Position numbers and translations under genes: made by a program
Shown: positions 39,611-52,541 of the stretch, in pieces
Numbering within the stretch: position 1 is the first letter of the stretch
How the letters are laid out: every line of letters starts with the position of its first letter
Source: Chrysomallon squamiferum
Lineage: Eukaryota > Animalia > Mollusca
Assembly: GCA_012295275.1 (NCBI GenBank)
Contig: CM022678.1
Span: 13,578,001 to 13,642,000 of the forward strand
Reading direction: 5' to 3'
DNA length: 64,000 nt
The notes under the pieces: generated by a model
What the model was told of the DNA's origin: nothing
Databases searched by the model: none
What the model saw: only the letters and a program-made list of their open reading frames with translations

Positions 39611-42600
39611 TAAAAAAAAAAAAAAAATAATAATAAAAATAATAACTAATAATAATATTAATAATAATAATAATAGCTGTAGCAGTAACTAATAACAATA
39701 TTAACAATAATAATAATAGTAGTAGTAGTAATGGTAGTAATAGTAGTAGTATTTATAATAATATAGTACAAAATGCAACAGCAAAATTAGCTGTAGTAGT
39801 AGTAGCAGCAGCAGCAGTAACAGGAGTAATAATAATAATGTAGATATATATAGTAGTGAGGAGAATAATAATAGTAACATCACCAACAACAACAACAATA
39901 ATAATAATAAACAAACAGCAACAACTAAAACAAAGAGAATAGTAATAATAAAAACGAAACATCAACACTAATAACTAGTAATAATATAGCTGTACTAGCA
40001 GTAATAGTAATTTAGTAGTAATAAATACATAAATAAATGTATAAATAATGAATGAATTATTTAATTAATTATTAATAATTTCTTTGCTTACATAGAAGGG
40101 TTAGAAATTAACTTTGCCAATTTAAGAGCCACGTAATTAACAGAATTAATTTGTATTGTCCAGGGATAATAAGGGATAAAAGAACGTAACACGCACCACA
40201 GTACGCTTATAGATAGTTATATCCAGATAAAACCTCTTATGCCACAGTCGAGCATACAAAACTTTCGCGCATTGATCGTATTTTGATCTCAGGTCAAGAA
40301 ACTGGCAGTCACGGTGTTTTGATACCAATCATGGTCAAACTGGCAGTCACGGTGTTTTTGATACTAATCATGGTCAAACTGGCAGTCACGGTGTTTTGAT
40401 ACCAATCATGGTCAAACTGGCAGTTCACGGTGTTTTGATACCAATCATGGTCAAACTGGTAGTTCACGGTGTTTTTATACCAATCATGGTCAAACTGGCA
40501 GTTCACGGTGTTTTGATACCAATCATGGTCAAACTGGCAGTCACGGTGTTTTTATACCAATCATGGTCAAACTGGCAGTCACGGTGTTTTGATACCAATC
40601 ATGGTCAAACTGGCAGTCACGGTGTTTTGATACCAATCATGGTCAAACTGGTAGTTCACGGTGTTTTTATACCAATCATGGTCAAACTGGCAGTCACGGT
40701 GTTTTTATACCAATCATGGTCAAACTGGCAGTCACGGTGTTTTTATACCAATCATGGTCAAACTGGCAGTTCTCGGTGTTTTTATATGAGTCTATTTTGT
40801 ATCTACTAATATACTAAAATGCATGTAATTTTTTTTATTATAACAGTTCCTGAAGTAGATGAAAATGAAAATTTTCTTAAAAATAAACTCTACGTAAAAA
40901 CACAAAATCGCCTAAATTAGTACCTGCGGCCCGCCTGAGGATGGACCATGTCTCGTGTGGCCCGCTTCTCGAAAAAGGTTGCCCATGTCTGGTTTACACT
41001 GACCACAGGCTTGTTTGGGCAGAGTTCACTTCTGACAAGTCTAACTGAGGACCGGGACCGTCGGCTTTAAACAATAGCGTCTTGAAAGATGAAATTACTT
41101 AAATTTAATTAAACACTTTCGGTGAACTCGGTGAATCTACCAAGACTTATAATTTTGGTGGAATTTAGAAAGAAAATTACAGTGATGACTAGTGACAACT
41201 CCAAACAAAGATGCAAGACAGAACGGGCTTTGATTCATAACTTAAAACAAGAAGAAACATTCCTAATACAACTAGTTGAACGGCTATTCATAATTATTAT
41301 AAGATTAAAAATCACGAACACTTACAGGGAGCTAGAATTAGGTCAAAGGTTAATGAAACTGAATAAGGAGAAAGATGCACTTCCTATTTGTTAATCTTGG
41401 ACAACAAAAAAACAAATTACAGCTAAATCCATTCATTAATAACCGAGGACGGAACAGTAATTGACACACATGACGAAATTTAAATGAAACTACTAATTTC
41501 TCCAATTAGTATACATCTAATTATATACATCTGAAAAGACGGAGGTTTCGTCACAAAACTATTTATTACAGAAAATTACAAGGACCATATGTTACCATGA
41601 CAGAAACCAGTGCTAAGGGGAAATAACTCTTGACAACGTTTCATCCACAATTGAATGTTTTGCCAATGATAAATCACCCGGATGTGATCAATTCACGACG
41701 GAGCGTCACTGATAATACATTTAATGTTAATTGTAACACCCGAATTAATACTTTCCTTAGATCAAACGAAAATTTATGATAAGGTGGTGGAATGGTATTT
41801 CTTATTTTTAAAAAAAATTTGGTCTAAATTTTATAATAATGATTATAACGTGTTATACTGATATTCCATCTGTTGTTAAAGCCGTTTGTATGAAACATCT
41901 TTCGTGGGGTATCAGACAAGGGTGCTCGATCAGCATTTTATTTATATTTTAGTAACTGAAATTCTGGCTGAAGCTATTCGGGAAGATTCCAAAATTAATG
42001 GGATAACTTTACCAGATGGCTCCGTAAGTAACAGGGTTGGGTACTCGAACGAAGGTAACGCAACTTCAACTGCAAGGAAAATGTATTAAATAAACCGAAT
42101 CTGCTTCCATAAAACTTTTAAATACAAATTCAGATTAAATCCATATAGAATAAGTTTTTTAATTAAACTTAAACCTGGCAACTATGCGTCGAACTTAGAG
42201 ATCTTTCTCTGGAATAGTCATACGGGTAATTTGGATTAAACGAAAATTATTAGACAAGTCATGTAAAGCAGTGGCACTTTTCAGACAGTATAGTCAAGAG
42301 TTGAAGCAGAATATTTTGCCGCAGTAGGACGGCGCAACAAAAGAGAAACATTCTGATGTTTCGAAGAGGTCGATGCCTCGTGCAGTGACGCCTTCGACAT
42401 TACATATCATCTCCCGGCTTGTACCTTTGGAGGCCAAACTCGCAAACCAATTTAGAATCTTTTAACTAATCAATTTCAATCAACACTCACTAAAGCGTAA
42501 AATCAAACAAGAACAGAACCACGTACTGAATAGATACTCCATCATGATAGAACCATAAACATGCTTTTAACATTCAAGAAGAACCTAGTTGCAAGTTTAA

Positions 42601-42933
42601 ATTATTTATATGACTAATAAACGGGGCAACCGGGGAATTACCCGGTAAAGGCCTTCTGGCAAAGACAAAAATATATTAATTCTTTCAACAACGACGACGA
42701 CGACAATAATTAGTAATATAGAACTATATTAATCTTCTATTAAAATACAAATGTGAGGCGATGGGCTGCCTTAACTCCAAATTGTTTGTAACCTATCAAC
42801 ATTTAATGGTCAAAATTAATTTTTAAAATAATAATATTATTTTTATTTTTATTTCCTTACCTTCAACAATGAGAAACAGTAAAAATCTGGTCACTTTGTT
42901 TGAGAGTTCAGCTAGTGTAACATCCTCTGTCAT
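37521..42933 (-). CDS. Single-CUB-domain type I membrane protein with PPxY tail (paralogue B), ~338 aa
   Basis: Exons 42933-42861 (MTEDVTLAELSNKVTRFLLFLIVE; least certain), 39533-39440 (WKSFTSANYPARY), 39193-39066 (NCSYDYVEFHDG; 128 nt as in A), 38530-38390 (KRMC..FKTDNSVEGTGFKIDY; 141 nt as in A), 38101-37521 (TM WILPLIGFLFTAAALVFFLWY; Ser/Thr-rich tail; PPTYEDVMANPNMY). Intron phases match paralogue A. Confidence 0.82.
40299..40785. repeat. 38-39-bp minisatellite, about 13 copies
   Basis: Unit aaactggcagtcacggtgttttgataccaatcatggtc, with single-base indels. Confidence 0.92.
40925..40991. mobile_element. hAT-like non-autonomous element terminus
   Basis: tgcggcccgc..gtggcccgc..aaaaaggttgcccatgtctg resembles hAT/Charlie-type subterminal and terminal motifs. 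Confidence 0.45.
41100..42090 (+). mobile_element. Degenerate L1/Tx1-like LINE ORF2 (reverse transcriptase) fragment in CUB paralogue B intron 1
   Basis: Broken frames give NDKSPGCDQF (cf. N.KSPGPDG) at ~41665 and GYQTRVLDQHFIYILVTEILAEAIREDSKINGITLPDG (cf. RQGCPLSP.L..L..E.LA..IR....I.GI.LP) at ~41905-42020. There are many stops and indels. Confidence 0.75.
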
Positions 42934-43284
42934 TTTTTGTTACAAAATTTAACACAACTATTAACTATTTAAGACAAATAATAACATAAATTATCAGAAA
43001 TAAAAACTTATAATAAAAATCGTGCGTCCCGTCTTACTGACTTAGCTACTAACCGTCACTTCTTTTTTTTACTAATGTTAGTTGGGTAAAACAAAATACA
43101 ATGTGTGTATTCAACCGTGAACGCTTTAGACAAAATTAACTCGTCCAGACAAGTTTTGATATAGCTGTAACCCAGGCATCACAGCGTGACTAATTTTAAA
43201 TGTTATTAAACATTGTATTATACTGACATATTACAAATATAATATGCATTCTGTAATATATGGTTTTCAGATTTTGGTACATCT

Positions 43285-44504
43285 CTATTTTTTATTACAT
43301 TTAAAATAACTACAAGAAAGGATTTCCCAGATCAAGGGTAGCAGGTGCCCATCCCCCACAGACGCACTACAAACATTGGCAATAACTTGTTTGTTCAGCA
43401 AGTCTCTGTTGTGATACCATTTACAGTCAGAGTATTTACACCTTTGTTGCAGACACATCTCTGACTGAACTCTGACAACATGGCCACATACTAATGATCA
43501 AAAACAAAACATACAGTAAATCTTTTTTTATGAAGGAAATATGAACAACTTATTTCCTTATAGGTTAAAACCAGTTTATTGTCTAATTAGTTATTGTTAG
43601 GTGTAATTAGTACAAACATGCGAAGTATAAAAATCTATAAATAAACCATTTATTTTGGAGTAACATATAACTGTTCTATTGAAGATTTACCTTTACTCAC
43701 TTACTCAAACTACATACTTGTACAACCCCTACTACGTATTTGTGACTCCAAGCAACAAACAACTGGTTGCAGTAGACTGAATAATTAAGAACATAACTGA
43801 AACTATTGTTCTCTGTAGTTATCTGAACTATGTCATTAATTTCATTTGTTTTCTGTTAGCCTAGGTGTTGTGACAATTTCCCGTCCAATATTCAGGGTGG
43901 GTATACAGTCCACATGTTTCTTCTAGTCTGAAACGAGAAGCAAAATAACCTATCCAGAATAATTCCCTTAAACGTAAATTAGTTATTTCCCGAACAATTT
44001 CACTGATGCGTATAAAATTTTGATGAAATTAATTTAAACTTGCATTATTTCAGTTTATTTATTTCATTTTTGCTGTTAGAAAACCAGTAAAATTAAATGA
44101 TCGCTTTTGCACTTGTTAAACATTTTATTAGCATACTTTACTTTTGTAGTTAAACATTTGAAGTATTTTTCATGTTAAAAAACATGAATTAATAACAAGT
44201 AAGTTAAAAATAGACTATCAAGATAAAATAATTTGTTTTTAAAAATTAATCAAACAAATAGAAGAAAGTAATAAAAGTTTTGTATTTTTGTGACATCATT
44301 AGCACCCCTCATAAATATGTTTTAGACAGTCTGTTTACTTATTTATTTTAAAATTATTTGCAGATTTTTGTGGAAATGGTACTGGATGGCTACTACAATT
44401 AGTTATTCTTTCAGAAGCTGTACGATACAAATAAATTACAAATTCAAAAACGCTAATGAATACGAAACTGGTAGTAGCCACAAAATACTCCATGGCCAGT
44501 CCAT
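43285..44504 (-). pseudogene. Putative decayed or small secreted cysteine-rich gene (4 exon-like segments)
   Basis: 44504-44440 (MDWPWSILWLLPVSYSLAFLN, signal-like), 43927-43861 (LEETCGLYTHPEYWTGNCHNT*), 43776-43705 (YCNQLFVAW..VQVCSL), 43490-43285 (Cys-rich with a hydrophobic end). Mostly AG/GT-bounded; family uncertain. Confidence 0.3.
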
Positions 44505-47089
44505 AATCGGTCCAAGAAAGAAATCACATATCTTTAAAATAGTGTCACACATTTGATCATAATTCCTAACCAGGCTTAGCAGTAACTCCTTTGAAAACGA
44601 TACATTATTGAATTATATACATGTGTATATATATGTATTTTCGTATATATGTGTATGTACATACATACATATATATCTATCTTCGAATATATGTGTATGT
44701 ACATACATACATATATATATTTTTTATTTTTTTTGTTGTGTGTATGAGAGATAGAGGGAGTTAGAGAGTTTCTTAAATAAAGGAATTTTATTAGTTTATT
44801 TAGTTGTTTCATCGATTTAAAAGTCAAATGGTATAGATTTATAGATTACTGCTGTTCATTAAAAACGCTTTTGTTAGAAGGAATTTTATCTCCTTAAAAT
44901 TGTTATACTAGCGTTTTCCTTTCCTGTCAGTTTTTATTGTATAATATGATCAATAAATAAATGTTATTAAAAGATTATGATTATACTTTTTTTTATTTTA
45001 AACTTGAAATGCTTCCCAAATTTGGAGAAATAAGACAACATGAATAACAAAGCACAATCACTAATGAAAAAACAGAATGACACATGCCCAGGATGCCAGC
45101 AAGCAATTTCTGTTATGATAACGTTACATAAAAGGTGGAGCTCGTATGTCTAGATAGGGGAACACTTTAAGTGTTAGCAATTGGTGTGCTTTTCTTTAAA
45201 TGTGCTCATGAATGAAATATTAAATGTTTGCCTTTAAAAATACATAAGTGAGTTTTCATCAGTGTTTTAGATTACACCTGTCATTAGTTCATATTTGTTT
45301 TGCAGAAACATCTTGTCCAAGGAAATGAAAACAAGAGGTAATTAAAATTTTAATTTGCTTTTTAGAAAAATAATTCCAAAAAATATTTTAAATTTTGTTG
45401 CAAAAGCAAGTTATAATAAATTATTGTATGTATCTATACAAGTTGAATAAAAGTAATAATTACATTTTCCAGCCAGCTTCACTACAATTCAAAAGATTTA
45501 ATATATCTCATAATTGTCCATAATAAGTTTCTTAAAAGGATATCTGATGCCATAAACACTTCATAATAAAGATATTGAATGTTTGTTCTAATATGTTGTT
45601 CTTTTGTTTTAATTCAGTTATTTTCTATTTTATTTATTTGTTTAATTATACATTTATATTTAAAGAATAACAAAGAATATTTCATGCAAATCTAAAATAA
45701 TAATATAATAAAATATATTAACTGTAGACCAGTGTTTGAAGTCTGCAACATGTACAATGTAAATCTCCCCTTAAAATTAATTTAATTGAACCCTATATAT
45801 TTATTATTAAATACATGTTTCACATTATCACAATGTCATATATAAGAACCTTAAAGAAAGTTGAAAATTTTAAGTGATGAATCATTTTCAGCCGTTATTT
45901 CATCTTGAAAATTCATGATAAAGCTGTAAAGTCTAACCAACTTTACCATACGAATAAACTAATATGAAAACATGATAGCTATGTAAAACATCTGAGGTAT
46001 CAGTCAAAAAAAAAAAAAATTATTACACTAAATCTGATGCAGTATTTATATCAACCATAGAAATACTTTTCTGAGGCTTTTGCAATTATGTTTTGTTTTC
46101 AAACAAAATTGCCAAAAAGAACAGCTAACTATTAGACATATTTTTTACTTGGGTTCAATTTTGTTTCTTTATTTAAATGAAATGGTATTAACATTATTAA
46201 TGTTTTTACCTCTTCATCAAATAATTTATAAACATTCAACAATAAGTTTTTTAAATTTTATTTTAAATGAAGAAACTAAAATTGTTTGTAGTCATTATAA
46301 ATACAGAACAAACTTTATAAAAATAGAATAAATTTTGTGTTATTTTCTTAATCAGAGGTTTCTCTGGACAATTTGTATACATTTCTTCTACTTTAATAAT
46401 AATAAAGTCTCTTAATAATGAATACCATATTATTATCATTATGAAGAATTTGTGTCATCTTGGTCTTGTATTGACAATGCAAACAGTTCAGTGGTGTAAT
46501 TCTGGTGACATCTTCAAGAACACTGACAGTGTTTGTCAACAATCAGAACTGTAGCCATCCAGCCCCTAATGCATTGTTCAAAATAGCTGATGATCACCAG
46601 AACTGAAACTTTCATCGATTTGAATTTTTCTGTTGATCTAAAATAAAATACATTAATGAAATTAATTATACTTTCATTAACTGTAACAAAATGTGAATGT
46701 AGGAGGTTCAAAATAATAAATACAAATATTGATAATGATTATTATTTATATGAATTAGTTTTTCTAGAAAGTCTGACAAATATATGAACATGTGAGCAAT
46801 CACAAAACAAAATGCAAACACAAGAAAGCCACAGGAAAAAATACAAATATATATATATATAAAGCATGAAAACAAAAAATTATATATATATATTTATACT
46901 GTAAACAAACAAGAAAGATAGAAAATTCATTATTAAAAAGAAAACTAAAAATCTGTTTGATTCACAAAATACTTCTACAAACAAGAAACATAGTATATAT
47001 AAAATAAAAATGAAAATGAGTGAGACATTTATAACTGGTTAGAAACATGAAAACTGATAGCACAGAATTTATCAACATTTACCTGAACC

Positions 47090-47958
47090 TTAGCTGGTAG
47101 ACACGCAGGTCTGAATACGAGAAAATGAGTTTGTGTTTGAACTGCCTGGCACACCCGACAGAGTTTGTTGTTTCTCTACATTCTTTCTGTGTTTAGAGCC
47201 TGAAGTATTTAAATACAACACATTTTATATCACACTGAAAAATTAGTAATAAAAATTGATTGTTTTCTTAATATATAAGTAGAATCCACTATCTGAAATA
47301 ATTACTAATAAATACTTAATAATTTTTTTAGTTCGTACATACATATATATATATATATTTATATAAGTAAAGCACAATCGACTTAGAGAACTATTAGGTA
47401 TTTTTCAAATATAAAAATGTTTATGATGATAATTGACTACTATATGCTTCTCAATTAACTGTGAGAAGCTTTTCATATTTTGTGCTCACAAATATCATCA
47501 AATATATCAGTTCTAGAACACTAGGTAAAAAGGCTTTTAAAATAAAAGTCAGATTGGTATACTGTTTAAAAAAACAAAGAAGAAATAATAACGACACCAG
47601 TATAAAAATATGATGTAAGTAAACCACATAAAATCAGTGAATTTGTTAGCATTAAAAACAATATTTTAACTTGAAAACATTTATGTTATTTTGAACTTTC
47701 CACACCCAGACACACACACACACAAACACATTTTATTTTTCCAAGCCTTTTTATAAGCTTTAAATATATTTTATTAATATTTTGTCAAATAAAAGGATTT
47801 ATAACACCTAAAGAAAATATAGTTTCTTGTTAATTTACAATTTTGCTTACCTTCACGATGTACCTGCATTTGACTTTCAGAATTGACCGTTATATTGCAG
47901 AAATGACAAAAATGACCTTTCATCTTTTTACAGCCAGAAGGATCTAAGATTAATAATA

Positions 47959-47991
<33 letters not shown>

Positions 47992-50900
47992 GAATATAAA
48001 CATATGGATAAACCAACATACACAGTAAAATTTGTATTATAATTTTGTTTTGTTAGATTAAGAGTTATCTATCTTATATTGTTGTTTATGTTAAAATTAT
48101 TGCTGCTATTTTAATTTATTATAATCATTACTATTACTACTGTCATTATTATAATTGTTTTCTTTATTACTGTTATAGTTTCTTCTATTATTACTATAAC
48201 TATGGTCATTGCCATTATAAGGTAATCAATGTCTCTGTTACTACCTGTTGTGCTGGTAGCCTCCCCGTCAGACACAGCTGAAATCAGCTGCAGTTTTTTG
48301 GTGTGTTTCTGGCCAAGGAAGTGTTGCTGTGCTTGTATATCAGAGTTGATTGTCACGTGACAGACATCACAGTAAATCTCAGAGAATTTTCTTTTCATCC
48401 CCTTACTTGCCTTTGTTGGAGGTGTCTGAATAATAAGTAATTTACTTACTTATTTATCTCTTCCTGTTTTTATAATGCAGTATGCTAATGGGGGTTTTAG
48501 GTTAATTTTGTTTTGTTCAATTTTTGTTTTTATATATATTAGGGGCTTGAGGTTCTGATAGTTTTTGGTTACTCTTGCAAATGTTCTTATTTACACTTGG
48601 GCTGTCAAAATTTCCATAACTTTTCAAAATCTTTCCATAGCCCACAAATCCAAATTTCCAAATAAGCTCAGTCAGAATAAAGTGTTTTTTGCAGTTTTTA
48701 AAAATGTTTGTCAGAGTTAAAACTTTTGCCGTGACTAAGCTGCATGGTATACATGTAGGATTATTAATAATAAAAAATTAATGTAATTTAATTTGGCATT
48801 TCAAACTGCAGTTTTATTCTTGGAGTGGACATGTTAGGCAGATTGCCAAAAATATGAATATAGAAGTATTACTTCACCAAAAGTGGTTGTGTTCCTTTCT
48901 TCTTATTCAATTAATAAGTACCTTAAAATTGCCCAAAATCAATATCAGAGAGCGGGTGGGTTATTTAATGGTGTGTTTTACATATGAATTTTATTTTCAA
49001 TTTCAAATAACGTATCAGCAGCTTCTGTAAGCAGGAGGTGATCTTGCATTCAGAAACTTGAACTGGTTGGAATAGCTGATTAATGTTGCATTAAATCATT
49101 AATTATGTGGCGTGACACCATGTTCATCTTGATACAAAAAGTATTGTAATCAATTACACTGATCACTTAGCACTATCACAACAAGTCTACCCTGCCAGTC
49201 TGATAGACATTTGCAGCAAGTATCACCTATTTTTGATAAATAAACATATTAAAAAACTGGAAACAAAATACAATTGTTTTTAACAATATGTACCTCCTGT
49301 CCAAGAAATCACATGATACCGATAAGATAGTCATGTGCACTGGTTTTATAGATTGCTTGCTTTAAATGCATACATCTTTTAAGGGGAGAAGCTAGGTGAA
49401 AAATGAAACCCGTTATTTTTTATGTTACAGAATTGAAACATGGTGGAAATAATCCCCATTTGTTACTATAAAACACTAATTATTTTTTTTATGGCAAATG
49501 GTACTTTCATTTTTGGCTTTTTTTTAATATTTTGGTTCCCAATTTCAGGAACCTCTCCAACCCAAACATAATATATCATTGAAACTGCTTGAGTTTAATC
49601 ATACACATGTAGTTCTATAAAATAACAGAAAGAAATTAGCCTTTTTTTCAAAAGAAATATTGTTAAAAAAAGTATTGCATTTTTCACTCGTATTTTTTCA
49701 TACTAGACACAATATTAAGGGTTATACAAAAAGAGTTGATAATTTTTTCAAGATTTTCTTTCTGTCACTTTCTAATGTTTGTTTCTAAAAAAAAATATAT
49801 TCCAAATTTGTGAAATGCAGCATTTCACAAAAATTTATAAAAGTAAAAAAAATGAATCCTTTTCAAATGTATTAGTTCCCTGTCTTTTTGGATTACTACA
49901 TATTCTCTTTCTATCATGTCGATTCGTTGAGAATCCTTTGAAAGGGTTACTTTCATAGCAGCTCCACCCACTTTTGTAAACCCAGTTCTGCTGCTGTATT
50001 GGTTGAATTCACTCACTGCCATTGCAACCCCACTGTCCATTCTTAATTTTCCCACAAAGTCTGTCTTTGGGTTTTCCATTTCAGACATCAATGCAAAACA
50101 GATTTTCACTGCCAAGTCAAATGTAGATTGGCTTAACAAACTGCCCACATTCCTTTGGCAGTGGTGTTCCCACATTTTCAGCATGGTTGCCTGGTTGTTC
50201 ACCCATAGCTAATGCTTGTTAAAAAAAAATTAAAAATAAGAAGTTAAAAAACACCCACTGGAAAAACCCTTTGGACAGTGATCATGGTGTAGTTCTTGGT
50301 CTGATATTGATGAAAGGAAATCTGCTTCCATGGCCACCTACATGATTTGATGACAATGTCTTACTCTGCATCTTTTCACAAATGGCAGAAATTTACAACA
50401 TGGCCTTACATGAGGAGTCTGAACATAGCAAATTTTCAACAAGTTTTTTTCAGACATGTCACCTGCACAAAAAGACAGTTGTCATCTACAACAAATGGAC
50501 AATGGATCTTCATCTTTGATTTCCAAAACATGTTCATATTTTCTTTTGAAAGTCGATGGGAAAGGTCCTGGAGCTTATTGCCAATGAAGCTCACGAGTGA
50601 TTCCATTTCCTCAGTGACCTAACTTGTTTCAGCAGTCTCTGATGTCTTCCACAATTTTTTTCAAGCAGATTGTAATTGTTGTTTGGAACATAGCTTCCAC
50701 TTCCCAAATTTATTTATTTCAAAAAGTTAAAAATTAAAAGTTAAAAATACAAATGGAGAAAAAAATCAGGGTCACTGGAAATAATGCTGATAACCAATCA
50801 GAATGCTGCCACAAGTCATGTGATATCATACAACCAATATTCTCAGAGGGAGGTGCACTAAATTAATGGATATCATGATGGAGTGTGTATCTATTTTTAG

Positions 50901-52137
50901 AACATTGTTCCCATAATGCTTTGCAAAAATGGGGCTTTCCAAGGTATGCAAGTCAAATTTCATGGAGGTTTCAAGAAATACACATCAGAAATAAATGCAG
51001 AATTAAATGTGTAAATTTCAGTGACAGGCATCTCACAAAATGCAATTTTTTGGACACAATTAAATTTATTTGGACTTTTTAACTTGTATGAATAGAAACC
51101 TGAATTTTTTGAAGTAGTTGTGTCAAAATCTCAAAGTAAATTTTTTTTTCAAGTTATTTGCCTAGTCTCCCAGTAACAGGACTACTGAATATGGGAACAA
51201 TTAATTGTACCAGTATTCTTTGTTTAGAATATTGGTGAAACAAACCAATTTTATGGTCATAATTTCCTGTAACTTTTCCATAGCCAAGTTAACAAAACCT
51301 GATTTTTTCAAAACTTATAAGGTCCTTAAAAAAACTGACGAATTTGCAAGACATTCCAAATCGCCTACAAACCCTGATTACAGCAAACTTATAGATGATT
51401 ATACTCACAGGAACTGTGACAGATTCTTCTGTCAGTGTATTTGTTTCTGATTTAACTACTTGTTTTGGTTCGTTCTTTTCAGTTTGCTTTGTACTTTCAC
51501 CTTTCGTTTCTCCAATTTGCTGGAAAGAGAAGAAAAAAGTTAATTAAAAAAAGAATATCTTAAAATACTAATTATATTAAATATTTATTACAAATAACCA
51601 TTAATATCTTTGTTAGAAATATATGCTTCTTTTTTTTCCAGTATTTAAAAGTATTCAAAATATATTCAGACTGCTTATTTTATTATATGACAATAAAAAC
51701 AAAATAAAACATCTGGAAGTATACAAAGTATTTTTGACACTTTAATAATAAAAATATATATGCACACACCAAAATATATTTGTTTCTACCATCACAGATA
51801 TACACACATGTAACAGATATATCCTTCATTCCATTACCTCTGTGCTCTGGGCAGCCACAAATGCTCCTCCATATTTGGGAATGAAAGCTTCCGTTGGCAA
51901 TTCTATAATAACAGTTTGAATACTTTATTTGAATTAGTAAATAAAAATGTACAGCATGGTAAATGATAACAGAAAGATATAATTTACCTCAAGAAAAACA
52001 GGTAAACAATATTACAACATCACATAAATATTTCCATCTTTCTTTTAAATTTCTGGAACAGGACATCCTCCTTGTTTACCATTTCTTTCTTATTATTCCT
52101 CCTTTTTTTCTTTTTTATTCTTTTGTTTTCATTTTGA

Positions 52138-52186
<49 letters not shown>

Positions 52187-52361
52187 ATAACTGCTTCGTT
52201 TCCTTTTCATAAACAACAATGGAGTTTTGACCTTGCTTTTCAACTTGTGGAACTGGAAGTCCAAGTTTAGTTAGTTTCTTGGCATGGTTCTTTCCTGCAC
52301 GGTGTTGATTCAGCTGTTCCTCGGAATTCAGGTGAACATCACAATACTGACAACGATACAT
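47090..52361 (-). CDS. Matrin/U1-type C2H2 zinc-finger protein with 3 fingers (ZNF385/ZNF346/ZMAT3-like dsRNA-binding family), ~229 aa
   Basis: Exons 52361-52232 (YRCQYCDVHLNSEEQLNQHRAGKNH), 51902-51838, 51519-51409, 48425-48245 (YCDVCHVTINSDIQAQQHFLGQKH), 47943-47851 plus 47199-47090 (FCHFCNITVNSESQMQVHREG|SKH). Phases are consistent over 690 nt, with the CxxC-x12-H-x5-H pattern and NS..Q...H..G.KH signature. The N-terminus could extend upstream via the acceptor at 52382. Confidence 0.87.
49379..51176 (-). mobile_element. Degenerate Kolobok/Mutator-like DNA transposon in intron of the matrin-ZnF gene
   Basis: Imperfect inverted ends: ttaa-ggggagaagctaggtgaaaaa (49379) and ttatttgcctagtctcccagtaa (51154-51176). 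The internal ORF 49825-50202 (PKTDFVGKLRMDSGVAMAVSEFNQ..DSQRI) resembles the C-terminal part of such transposases. Confidence 0.55.
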
Positions 52362-52500
52362 TGTGAGAAAAAAATCATCAGCTGGAAAATTAAAATAATG
52401 AATATCACAACACTGTTAAGCAAACCAATAGATTCTTCAACTAGAAAATTAAAATAACAGCACAATACTTGAATGCAGATACTGCGATTAGCAACACATA

Positions 52501-52541
52501 CAGTGCACTACATCATGTATGATACATGATGTAGTGCACTG
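52501..52541. other. Perfect 41-bp palindrome (20-bp arms, 1-nt spacer)
   Basis: cagtgcactacatcatgtat-g-atacatgatgtagtgcactg. Confidence 0.95.

Noticed and set aside
40299-40785. Regular ~38-bp repeats superficially like a CRISPR array, with ORFs 40396-40809 and 40309-40506
   Set aside because: Head-to-tail units without unique spacers, in a eukaryotic intron, with no cas genes. The ORFs are repeat translations.
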